DNA of 64,000 nucleotides from Clostridia bacterium (GTDB lineage Bacteria; Bacillota; Clostridia; Oscillospirales; CAG-272). Where the stretch lies: assembly GCA_024404505.1 (NCBI GenBank), contig JAKSPU010000001.1:8375-72374 (forward strand). The letters are read 5' to 3'. Both the position numbers and the translations under genes were made by a program. This document shows, in pieces, positions 26,838 to 38,292 of the stretch (the stretch's first letter is position 1; every line of letters begins with the position of its first letter). The notes beneath the pieces were generated by a model. The model worked only from the letters and a program-made list of their open reading frames with translations. It did no database searches and was not told the origin of the DNA.

Positions 26838-28295
26838 TCAGTCCATCACGGACGTCCCCTTCACGACGGCATTGACCTTCGCGGCGTCCGCCGTGGTGAC
26901 GCGCCCGTCGTCGAACATGACGTCCGCACAGGCCAGGGTATACCCGTAGACCTTCATAAGTCCCCGGGCACAGGAGTTGAGCATGGCTACGTCGACAGCT
27001 GTCAGCACGCCGTCTCCGTTGATGTCTCCGCGGATATTGACGGTCGCGTTCAGCAGGACGTCCCCGTCGACCGTCACCTCCAGCTCGCGGGCCACACGCC
27101 CGCCGCCGCTGATCGTCAGGACATACTGCCCGACCGGAATATGCTCAAAGGCATAGATGGTATCGCAGACGGCCATGGTCTCGTACCCCATGTCCCCGTT
27201 GAAGATGTATACGGTATCGCTCAGCGCCGTCACGGTCTGCCGGGCCGCGATCTCTCCGGTCCCCGCGTCCGTCAGCGTCATCACGATGGCTCCGTCGGGT
27301 CCGGGCGCGTTCACCGTTCCGAACAGGGAGAAGGTCCCCGGCTGGTCGTTCCAGCTCCAGACCACCTGACAATCGGACGGATTCCACCATTCGCTCCAGC
27401 CGGCAGGGGCGATCTCCGTCTCGCAATATAAGGTCAGCAGCACACACCCGGCAAAGGCATCGTCTCCGATGAACGCGGTATCCCTGCGTATCCCGATACT
27501 CACAAGGTCGGTGCAATCCGCAAACGCGGATTCACCGATGCGGCGGACGCCGCCCGGGATCACCGCACGGATCAGGCCGCGGCAGGCATAAAAGGCCTTG
27601 TCTCCGATCACCGCCACACTGCCGTCGTCGGGGATCTCGCTGTTCCGACACCCGGCCAGCAGCGTCCGGCTGCCGCGCTCGATCAGACAGTTGCCGGAGG
27701 CGCAGTAGACGGGATTCTGCTCGTCGACCGTGATCGAGGTCAGTCCGGAGCAGGCGGAGAAGGCCAGCCAACCGACATCGGTGACAGAAGCCGGGATATG
27801 CAGATCCGTCAGCGCGCTGCAGCCGTTGAAGGCGCCGGCGCCGATAGACACAAGTCCGACGGGAAGCTCCGCGCTTTCGAGGGACGTGCAGCCCTCAAAG
27901 GCCTCGGTCCCGATCACGGTCACGGTATCGGGGATCACGACGGACGTCATGCCTGTGCAGCCGCAGAAGGCGTAGTCTCCGATCGAGGTCACGCCGCGGC
28001 CGATCACGGCGGTCAGGACGGCGTTCCGATACGCGTCGTATCCGGGATCGTCCGGGTCGCCGCACCAGCAGGGATCCATTTCTCCGGACCCGCTGATGTA
28101 CAAAAGACCCGTGACGGACCAGAACGACCACGTCACGTTCGTGCCACAGGAGCCGCTCGCGGTAGGCGGAGCAGACGGCAGACCTGATATATCGTCTGCA
28201 CGGGCAGGAACGGCAGCCGGCATCAATGTCACGATCATCACGACCGCCAGAACGACAGCCGGCAGCTTATACGCGTTGCGGTCTGTATGCTTCAT
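26838..28295 (-). CDS. Secreted BspA-type LRR protein with C-terminal dockerin
   Basis: ATG at 28295. Signal peptide KLPAVVLAVVMIVTLMPAAVPARA. LRR units (IPDTVTVIGTEAF, IPASVTDVGWLAF and similar). Dockerin repeats DINGDGVLTAVDVAML and DVMFDDGRVTTADAAKV. Confidence 0.8.
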   Translation of the reverse strand: MKHTDRNAYKLPAVVLAVVMIVTLMPAAVPARADDISGLPSAPPTASGSCGTNVTWSFWSVTGLLYISGSGEMDPCWCGDPDDPGYDAYRNAVLTAVIGRGVTSIGDYAFCGCTGMTSVVIPDTVTVIGTEAFEGCTSLESAELPVGLVSIGAGAFNGCSALTDLHIPASVTDVGWLAFSACSGLTSITVDEQNPVYCASGNCLIERGSRTLLAGCRNSEIPDDGSVAVIGDKAFYACRGLIRAVIPGGVRRIGESAFADCTDLVSIGIRRDTAFIGDDAFAGCVLLTLYCETEIAPAGWSEWWNPSDCQVVWSWNDQPGTFSLFGTVNAPGPDGAIVMTLTDAGTGEIAARQTVTALSDTVYIFNGDMGYETMAVCDTIYAFEHIPVGQYVLTISGGGRVARELEVTVDGDVLLNATVNIRGDINGDGVLTAVDVAMLNSCARGLMKVYGYTLACADVMFDDGRVTTADAAKVNAVVKGTSVMD

Positions 28296-28495
28296 ACCAT
28301 TCCCCCCCTTCCCCGCCGCGCGGACGGCAGCGGACATTGCTTTGGATAGTCATCTATAGTGTATCATAATCTTTTTCAAAAATCAATCGGTTTCCGGGAA
28401 AATCCGAAAAAAATTTTCAACGGTGCAGAAGACGACTTGAATGCTAACAAATCCGGCTTTTTTCATGGCTTTTCCTATGTATCCGCCTTTATAGT

Positions 28496-28522
28496 TTAGC
28501 ACTCTTTGCGTGCGAGTGCTAA
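28496..28522 (+). promoter_or_regulatory. CIRCE (HrcA operator) inverted repeat
   Basis: TTAGCACTC-N9-GAGTGCTAA is an exact match to the consensus. It lies 159 nt upstream of the clpB ATG. Confidence 0.85.
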
Positions 28523-28680
28523 TTTTAACAGTTATAGCTATATTTGTTCACAAAATCATGCGGTTTTCGGTATATAATAGGATCGGAAACAAAGGATAAC
28601 GATACCCGGTGTCCGCAGCCCGGACGCCGAATCTAAAGACGGGACGGACAAGTTCACCGCCCCGGAGGGAGGTATAAAAT

Positions 28681-31284
<2,604 letters not shown>

Positions 31285-31307
31285 GTGCCGAGAAATTGAC
31301 CCCTGCA

Positions 31308-31348
31308 GGGAGGCAGCTCAAAATCATAGGGCTGCCCCCCTTGCATTT
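31308..31348 (+). terminator. Probable terminator after clpB
   Basis: GGGAGGCAGC ... GCTGCCCCCC (one mismatch), followed by the weak T-tract TTGCATTT. Confidence 0.4.
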
Positions 31349-31431
31349 CCCGTAATAATGTGCTATAATAAAGTCGGATGCGGCCGGTGGGCCGCAAGAA
31401 ATCCTACTATATGAAAGAGAGGGTGATACCC

Positions 31432-31938
31432 ATGATCTGTACATCCGCAGAAGCAGCCAAGCTGCTGAAGGAACTGACCGAGGAAATGAACGACCTGCTC
31501 CGCATGGAATCCATGAGCTGCTCCTACGTGGCCGCTGTCGGTGAGGATCTTGAGGCGGTCCGTCCCGTGTACGATTTTGCCGGAACGCAGGCGCGGCTGG
31601 ACCTCCTTGAGGCCAAGACCCGCCGGATCAAGCACGCGATCAATCAGTTCAACGCCTCGCACCTCGTGCCCGGCTTTGACATGACCATCGATCAGATCCT
31701 CGTCTACATCCCCCAGCTGTCCCGCCGCAAGGACAAGCTCTCCGGCATGAAGAACACGCTGCCCAAGGCCCGTGTCAACAATCGCGGCACCGGCACGATC
31801 ATCGAGTACAAGTACGCCAACTACGACCTCGATACCGTGACCGCCGAGTATGACCGCGTGGCCGACGAGCTGCGCCGCGCCCAGCTCGGTCTGGACGCCG
31901 TCAACTCCACCGAGACCTTCGAGCTGGACATTGACTGA
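31432..31938 (+). CDS. Hypothetical cytoplasmic helical protein (168 aa)
   Basis: ATG at 31432, 8 nt after GAGAGGG. Heptad-like helical sequence. Distant resemblance to the DIP1984-type family; that assignment is low confidence. Confidence 0.55.
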   Translation: MICTSAEAAKLLKELTEEMNDLLRMESMSCSYVAAVGEDLEAVRPVYDFAGTQARLDLLEAKTRRIKHAINQFNASHLVPGFDMTIDQILVYIPQLSRRKDKLSGMKNTLPKARVNNRGTGTIIEYKYANYDLDTVTAEYDRVADELRRAQLGLDAVNSTETFELDID

Positions 31939-32220
31939 TCCGGTTCTTCCGTGGCCTGCCCGGTTTTTGAAAACCGCCGCCCTCGGGCGACAGATTTCAA
32001 TCTTTTTTATAAGATCGGTTATCGTTCAATGTGATCGTTTTCCGTTATTTCCGTTATCTGTTATAGTTGAGGTTCAACGTTACGGTCGATCATGATGATT
32101 TTATTTTTTCGGAGCTTGCTCCCCCCTGCCGGGCAGGTCAGAAAACTTGACCCACGCAGCCGAAGTACGGTTATAGGCTGCCGGACGAAGTGATTGCGGG
32201 GCGTTTGCCCCGAAATAAAA

Positions 32221-32256
32221 CAGGCCGCCGCACTATCGTGCGGCGGCCTGTTTTTT
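32221..32256. terminator. Strong bidirectional terminator
   Basis: CAGGCCGCCGCAC, loop TATC, GTGCGGCGGCCTG, then TTTTTTGTGTTTT. An A-rich tract lies upstream. Confidence 0.8.
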
Positions 32257-32288
32257 GTGTTTTCCGCTTTCCGTGAAAGCGGCAGGAA

Positions 32289-32699
32289 TTATACGGAATG
32301 ATACAGGATCAAGAATATGATCGCAAGCACGAAAAGCACGCCTCCGGGGATCAACGGATAGATCCAGATACCGGCAGGTTCCTTTTCGTTTTTCCGCTGT
32401 ACATAGTCCGCGTAAGTCTCGGGACGGCGGGAAGCCCGTCCGGGGACAAGCCGGTCAAACAGATAATGTGCCGAATAGCCGAGTCCGCGGAAAGCACCCG
32501 CGTCCGAGATGGCGATCAGACCTGCGGAAAACAGCAGGACGAGTCCGGATACGGTAAAAGCGTCTGACAGGCAGCGGATAACCGCCAGCGTCATCGTTTC
32601 TCCCCCGGACAGCCGGCTGATCAACACTGCGGCCGCGATCGCCAGACCGATCACGGAGGCGATCACGAAGCCGACAGCTGACTTTTTGCCGCCGCTCAC
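32289..32699 (-). CDS. Small membrane protein (DUF3899-like)
   Basis: GTG at 32699 overlaps the oppF stop (GTGA). Three hydrophobic helices. The ATG alternative at 32744 would overlap oppF by 49 nt. Confidence 0.5.
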   Translation of the reverse strand: MSGGKKSAVGFVIASVIGLAIAAAVLISRLSGGETMTLAVIRCLSDAFTVSGLVLLFSAGLIAISDAGAFRGLGYSAHYLFDRLVPGRASRRPETYADYVQRKNEKEPAGIWIYPLIPGGVLFVLAIIFLILYHSV

Positions 32700-33799
32700 A
32701 ATCCGAGTTCCTTCCTGTACTTTGCTTCCTCGGCGTCGTTGCACTTGACAAAGTGGCCGGGGATGATCTCCCGCATCGTAGGCTGCTGCTCGGAGTAGTC
32801 GTGGTCGCTCAGCGGGTTGTACACGATACGCTTTCTGGCCTTTTCCGTCAGCGGGTCGGGGAGCGGGATAGCGGAGAGCAGCGACTTGGTGTACGGATGC
32901 AGCGGGTGAGCGAACAGCTCGTCACTCGAAGCCAGCTCGACCATGTGGCCGAAGTACATGACGCCGATGCGGTCGGAGAAATACTTGACGACGGACAGGT
33001 CGTGCGCGATAAACATGATGGTCAGGCCCAGCTCCTTGCGGAGGTCGTTCAGTAGGTTGATGACCTGTGCCTGAATCGACACGTCAAGTGCGGAGATAGG
33101 CTCGTCGGCGATGATCAGCTCGGGGTTGAGGATGATCGCACGTGCGATGCCGATTCTCTGCCGCTGACCGCCGGAGAATTCGTGCGGGTAACGGCCGGCG
33201 TGCTCATGCACGAGTCCGACCAGATCCAGCACGCGGTACACGGCGTCGTCGATGGTCTTCTTATCGGTCACGCCGCGGATGATGAGGCCCTCCGCGATGA
33301 TCTCGCGGACGGTCATACGGGGATCGAGCGATGCGATGGGATCCTGGAAGATCATCTGCATCTTGTTCATCAGCTCACTGTGGGTGTCCTTCTGGTCCTT
33401 CTGGGCTGCCTTGATCTCCTTCTTCAGCTGATCGGCAGCTTCCACATCACCGTTTTTGCGCGCTTCCTTCATCTGATTCTTCAGGCTCCGGGTGCCGGCG
33501 CAGATGCGCTCACCCTTGAAGTACACGCTGCCGCTCGTGATGTCGTACAGGCGGATGATGCTTCGTCCCGTAGTGGTCTTGCCGCAGCCGGACTCGCCGA
33601 CGAGGCCGAAGACCTCACCCTTCTTGATATCGAAGGACACGTCATCGACGGCCTTCAGCTCACGGCCGGGGCCGATGCGGAAGTATTGGCACAGATGCTC
33701 GACGCGGAGCAGGATATCCTCGTCATCGCGGAACACAGCGACGTCCCCTGCGGGTTCTGTCTTGGCTGCCTCGGCGGCAGTGATCTCATAATCCGTCAT
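32696..33799 (-). CDS. oppF: Oligopeptide/dipeptide ABC transporter ATP-binding protein, OppF-like
   Basis: ATG after [24 protein letters not shown] and IIADEP motifs plus the C-terminal oligopeptide domain. About 35 extra residues precede the Q-loop. Confidence 0.9.
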   Translation of the reverse strand: MTDYEITAAEAAKTEPAGDVAVFRDDEDILLRVEHLCQYFRIGPGRELKAVDDVSFDIKKGEVFGLVGESGCGKTTTGRSIIRLYDITSGSVYFKGERICAGTRSLKNQMKEARKNGDVEAADQLKKEIKAAQKDQKDTHSELMNKMQMIFQDPIASLDPRMTVREIIAEGLIIRGVTDKKTIDDAVYRVLDLVGLVHEHAGRYPHEFSGGQRQRIGIARAIILNPELIIADEPISALDVSIQAQVINLLNDLRKELGLTIMFIAHDLSVVKYFSDRIGVMYFGHMVELASSDELFAHPLHPYTKSLLSAIPLPDPLTEKARKRIVYNPLSDHDYSEQQPTMREIIPGHFVKCNDAEEAKYRKELGL

Positions 33800-33800
33800 G

Positions 33801-35978
33801 TCAGATATCCTCCTTTGCTGCCGCTTCCTGTGCCCGTTTCTTCATCCGTTCGATACGGTCGGTGACGATCTTCGGAGGATGCGTCTCGGGCGCGTCAGGA
33901 TGGAGCAGCCAGGTGGCGGCGTAGTGTGTGTCGCTGATGGCGAACATCGGCGGCTGCATCTCGTAGTCGATCTCCATGGCGTACTTGTTCCGCGCGGCAA
34001 AGGCGTCGCCCTTGGGCGGGTAGATCATGTTGGGAGGTGTGCCGGGGATGGCTTCCAGCTTTTCCTTGGTATCAAGGTCAGGCATGGACGACAGCAGCGC
34101 CCACGTGTACGGATGACGGGGATCGTAGAAGATGTCGTTCGCGGTGCCGCATTCCACAATCTTGCCGGCATACATGACGGCGATACGGTCTGCCATGTTG
34201 GCCACAACGCCGAGGTCGTGCGTGATGAAGATGACGGACAGGTTCCGTTCTGCCTTGATGCGGTTGATCAACTCGAGGATCTGGGACTGGATGGTCACGT
34301 CGAGGGCGGTCGTCGGCTCGTCGCAGATCAGGATGTCCGGGTCTGCCGCCAGCGCGATGGCGATGACGATACGCTGACGCATACCGCCGGAGAACTCGAA
34401 CGGATACTGGTTATAACGCAGCTCGGGGTCGGGCAGACCGACCTCCTTGAGCAGCTTGATGGCGCGCGCCTTGGCCATTTTCTTGGAAATACGGTACACG
34501 ACGGCGCTGGCCTGCTCCTTGAGCCAATCGATCAGCGCGACGGTCTTTTCCTGCTCGTCGAATGACGGATCGGCGTCGATATCCCGCTTCAGGCTGTCCT
34601 GAAGGGTGCGGATGACGGTGCGGATGTTCTCCTTAGCCTGATCCAGATCGACCACGGCGGCGGGGACGACCTTCCAGTCCGGCGTCTTGCCGGCGGCGTC
34701 GAGCTGCTGCCACTTGGCCGTTTCCTTCTCAAAGCGGGCGATCTCCTTGGGGTTGTTCTTCACGGCGTCGAAGTACTCGTCAACGGCGTGCGTGATGCCG
34801 GAGCCAAAGGTATACTGTGCGCCGTCCTTGACGATCTCCATACGGTCGATGGACGCCTCGACGTGCCCGATCTTCTCCTTGAGCAGATCACCCGTCGCCT
34901 TGCGGTCGAGCTCCTCGCCGTCAAAGTAAGTCAGCAGCGAATCCATCTCGGTAAGGACTTCCTTCTTGGCCGCAATGGACACGTCGTGGCTGTGACGGAC
35001 GGCCTCCGCGCTTTCCTTGATGAAGGCCAGCATGAAGTTGTCGTCCAGATACTTTCTCGTCATGGCGTTCATCTCATGAAGCTCCATGGCGTCGATCGTT
35101 GCCATATCGCCCGGATTCTTATACATATAGTATCCGAGCGTGAAGTAATTGGGCTTTTCCTTTTCGAGGGCTGCCGTCAGGATCTCGTTGATCCGGTCGA
35201 TGGCTGCGCGGGTGTCCTCGCCGAGCTTCTTTTTACGGGCAGAGCCCATTCCGTTCTTGACACGGGCAAGCAGCTCACGGGTCTCGTCGTTCTCCGCGAC
35301 AAGATCGGTGTGATAGGTCATCGGGAACTGCTTGAGGATCGTGCGGAGGAAAGCGGTGATCTTGACGTTCTGTTTCTTTTCGATCAGGAACAGCTTCTCG
35401 TCGATCTCTGCCTTCAGTTCCTCGACGGCACGGTGCTTTTCGTTATAGGCGCCCTCCAGCTTCGTGCTCTGGATGCAGAAGTTATTGAAGGTATCGCACT
35501 GCTCGACGTTGTACACGCGCTGGGAATCGGTCGTGGCAATGGCGTTGCGGCTCTCGATGAGCAGCTGCAGCTTGCCGTTGAAATTGCGTCTCGCGTTGCG
35601 GCTGTTGGAGCCGGACTTGAGCAGCATGGCCTCGGTCAGCTGCTTGCCGACCTTGACGATGGGATTGAGGGAGGACAGGGGGTCCTGGAAGATCATGGCG
35701 ATCTTATCGCCGCGCAGCTTGACCATGTCCTCCTCGGGGATCTTGAGGAGGTCCTTACCGTCGTAGATGATCTCACCGCCGCCGACGATGGCGTTGTTCG
35801 CCAGGATCTGCAGGACGGCCTTGGAGGTAACGGACTTACCGGAGCCGGATTCGCCGACGATGCAGAGCGTTTCGCCCTTGTTGAGGTCGAAGGACACGTC
35901 GCGGACGGCACGAAGGATACCGTTATCGGTGCGGAAATTGACGATGAGGTCTTTAACTTGAAGAATCTTTTCAGCCAT
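33801..35978 (-). CDS. oppD: OppD-like ABC ATP-binding protein with a ~370-aa insertion
   Basis: GESGSGKS, MIFQDP, FSGGMRQR and ILICDEP motifs. Start is either the ATG at 35978 or the GTG at 35987. The Q-loop and signature motif are about 430 aa apart. Confidence 0.85.
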   Translation of the reverse strand: MAEKILQVKDLIVNFRTDNGILRAVRDVSFDLNKGETLCIVGESGSGKSVTSKAVLQILANNAIVGGGEIIYDGKDLLKIPEEDMVKLRGDKIAMIFQDPLSSLNPIVKVGKQLTEAMLLKSGSNSRNARRNFNGKLQLLIESRNAIATTDSQRVYNVEQCDTFNNFCIQSTKLEGAYNEKHRAVEELKAEIDEKLFLIEKKQNVKITAFLRTILKQFPMTYHTDLVAENDETRELLARVKNGMGSARKKKLGEDTRAAIDRINEILTAALEKEKPNYFTLGYYMYKNPGDMATIDAMELHEMNAMTRKYLDDNFMLAFIKESAEAVRHSHDVSIAAKKEVLTEMDSLLTYFDGEELDRKATGDLLKEKIGHVEASIDRMEIVKDGAQYTFGSGITHAVDEYFDAVKNNPKEIARFEKETAKWQQLDAAGKTPDWKVVPAAVVDLDQAKENIRTVIRTLQDSLKRDIDADPSFDEQEKTVALIDWLKEQASAVVYRISKKMAKARAIKLLKEVGLPDPELRYNQYPFEFSGGMRQRIVIAIALAADPDILICDEPTTALDVTIQSQILELINRIKAERNLSVIFITHDLGVVANMADRIAVMYAGKIVECGTANDIFYDPRHPYTWALLSSMPDLDTKEKLEAIPGTPPNMIYPPKGDAFAARNKYAMEIDYEMQPPMFAISDTHYAATWLLHPDAPETHPPKIVTDRIERMKKRAQEAAAKEDI

Positions 35979-35979
35979 A

Positions 35980-38292
35980 TCAGTCACTTCCCTTCAGAGC
36001 CGGGTTGATCGCGTCGCGGAGACCGTTGCCGAACAGGTTGAAGCTGATCATCAGCAGCGCCATGATGATGGACGGGAACACGATCAGGTAAGGATACGAT
36101 TTGATATACTGTTGATTATCGGCCAGCATGACACCGAAGGAAGCCACACCCTGCAGACCGAGGTTCAGGTATGCCAGCGTGGACTCGCTGAAGATGGTAC
36201 TGGGGATCATCAGCACGCTGGACGTTACGATGGTACCCAGCGAGTTGGGCAGGATGTGCTTGAAGATCAGGCGCTTGTCGCTGGAGCCGAGCGTGCGGGA
36301 CGCCAGCACGTACTCCTGCTTCTTGAAACGGTAGAACTGCGTTCTGGTGCCGCCGGCGGTACCCATCCAGCCCGTCATACAGAGGGCGAGGAAGAAGGTG
36401 AAGAAGTTGTTGCCGAAGTGCAGGATACAGAGCGTCATGATGACGATCCACGGCACACCGCCGAGGATATCGCAGAAGCGCTCCATGAAGAGGTCGACAG
36501 CGCCGCCGAAGTAACCGGAGACAGAACCCCAGACAAGGCCGAAGAAGAAGCAGAACAGGAACGTGCATACGCCCAGCAGGAGCGAAGTGCGGAGACCGGT
36601 GAAGATGCGCGTCAGCACGTCGACGCCGTTCGCGTCGGTGCCGAGCAGGAAGATCGGCATCCGGTCGTAGCCCATCTTACGGTAGCGGCTGGCCATTGCG
36701 GTGACCTCAAGCAGCTTGCCCGTCTTGGAATTGAGCTTCTGGGCAGCGATACCGTCGATCGGGCAGTCGTCGGACAGACGGACGAAGGACTCCGGACCGA
36801 CCTTGGCGTCGTAGGAGCACCAGCCGTTGGCGATGTACTTGTTCAGGTCGGACGCGGCGACGGTAGTTTCCTGCGCGTCGTACACGTTGGCATAGGTATC
36901 AAAGACGAAGCTGCAGTAGTAGACCTCGGACGCGAAAATGCCCTTGCGGCCCGTGCACTGCCAGTAGCCCTTCGGGAATTCGCCGAGGCTGTTCTTGGCC
37001 TTGAGGACCATAGAAGTCGCGTCGGTGAAGCCGATCTCGGAAAGGTCGGCGTAGTTTTCGACGTTCTCATCGGCCTTGATCTCAACGGACTTGATGAGCA
37101 GGTAGGAGTAAGCGTCGTCTTCACAGGGCTTCAGTTCGAAGGTCAGGCGGCCCTTCACGGAGGTCAGACCGCTGCCGCAGACCGCGCCGGAAAAGTCAAG
37201 CTCGGCGTTGTCATAGCTCGTCCCCCACTCACGGAGAACGGTCTTATTGCCGTCGGTGTCCTCAAAGTAAATGCGGTACTCACCGAGCTTGCTCTCGCCG
37301 ACATTGTCGGTAGCGTCAAACACGATGGAAGCGGTATAATGTCCGGCATCCGTGATTTTGAACTCCTCGGTGCGGAGCGTGGTATTCTGGTTGGTCTTGG
37401 TGAGAGTGAGTGCGGACAGCGCAGCGGGAGACACGACGGTCTCGTCCGCCTTCACGGCGAACTCCTCCACGTCGGCATAATCGTAGTTGCCGTTCTGGGA
37501 GCCGATCTCCAGCACGATGTATCCGTACTCGCGTTCAATATCGTTGGCAGCCAGCGCGGCGGACAGATCCAGCGTGATCTTCTCGTCATAAACGCGGATC
37601 AGCGCACCGTCCTCTGCCTCCCATTCGGGCAGCGTCAGGTACAGCGTATGGTAGTCACCCTTGAAGATGGCACGGTAACCGCCCTCGCCGACAGCGTCCT
37701 CGCTGCCGAGATAGCGCATATTGAATTCAACGGTATAGCTGCCGTCCTTCATCGCCTCGAACGTGGGGGTCTTGAAGGCGACGTTCTGCGAGTTCTGGTT
37801 CTCGAACATTACATAGCCGCCGCGGCCGTACTTGGTTGCCTGATTGATCAGGGTCGGCTGCTCGTCGACGACGAGAGAGCCTTCCATGACGGCGGGCTTA
37901 TAGAAGCCTGCAGGACATTCGTTCTCCCGGTCGTACATGATGCCGGACGCGGAGCCGTCCAGATTCTCTTTCTTCTCATAGGTCTTGGTGCCGTCCCAGA
38001 AGCCGAAGCCGGCCGGGAACAGCTTGGGCTGCAGGAAGCGCTCAGAGGCACTCACGCGGTCCACGTCGTTCTTCGAGAAGATCGGAACAAAGATAGCCAT
38101 CAGGATCAGGATGCCCAGGATGATGGACGCCACGACGGAAGACTTGTTCTTCTTGAAGCGCTTGAGGGCGTCCTTGGCAAAGGTCGTCGGCTTGGTCTCG
38201 AACTTGGTATCCTGGATGCGGGTACCCTCGTTGACGAAGGTGAACGACTTCTTGTCGATCTGATAATCAGCGGGATTGAAAAACTTATCCAC
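35980..38292 (-). CDS. oppC: OppC-like permease with a ~470-aa extracytoplasmic insertion
   Basis: GTG start overlaps the oppB stop by 1 nt. TM1 at aa 52-72. The canonical permease core (LLGTDANGVDVLTR ... ) begins only at aa 545. Confidence 0.8.
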   Translation of the reverse strand: MDKFFNPADYQIDKKSFTFVNEGTRIQDTKFETKPTTFAKDALKRFKKNKSSVVASIILGILILMAIFVPIFSKNDVDRVSASERFLQPKLFPAGFGFWDGTKTYEKKENLDGSASGIMYDRENECPAGFYKPAVMEGSLVVDEQPTLINQATKYGRGGYVMFENQNSQNVAFKTPTFEAMKDGSYTVEFNMRYLGSEDAVGEGGYRAIFKGDYHTLYLTLPEWEAEDGALIRVYDEKITLDLSAALAANDIEREYGYIVLEIGSQNGNYDYADVEEFAVKADETVVSPAALSALTLTKTNQNTTLRTEEFKITDAGHYTASIVFDATDNVGESKLGEYRIYFEDTDGNKTVLREWGTSYDNAELDFSGAVCGSGLTSVKGRLTFELKPCEDDAYSYLLIKSVEIKADENVENYADLSEIGFTDATSMVLKAKNSLGEFPKGYWQCTGRKGIFASEVYYCSFVFDTYANVYDAQETTVAASDLNKYIANGWCSYDAKVGPESFVRLSDDCPIDGIAAQKLNSKTGKLLEVTAMASRYRKMGYDRMPIFLLGTDANGVDVLTRIFTGLRTSLLLGVCTFLFCFFFGLVWGSVSGYFGGAVDLFMERFCDILGGVPWIVIMTLCILHFGNNFFTFFLALCMTGWMGTAGGTRTQFYRFKKQEYVLASRTLGSSDKRLIFKHILPNSLGTIVTSSVLMIPSTIFSESTLAYLNLGLQGVASFGVMLADNQQYIKSYPYLIVFPSIIMALLMISFNLFGNGLRDAINPALKGSD

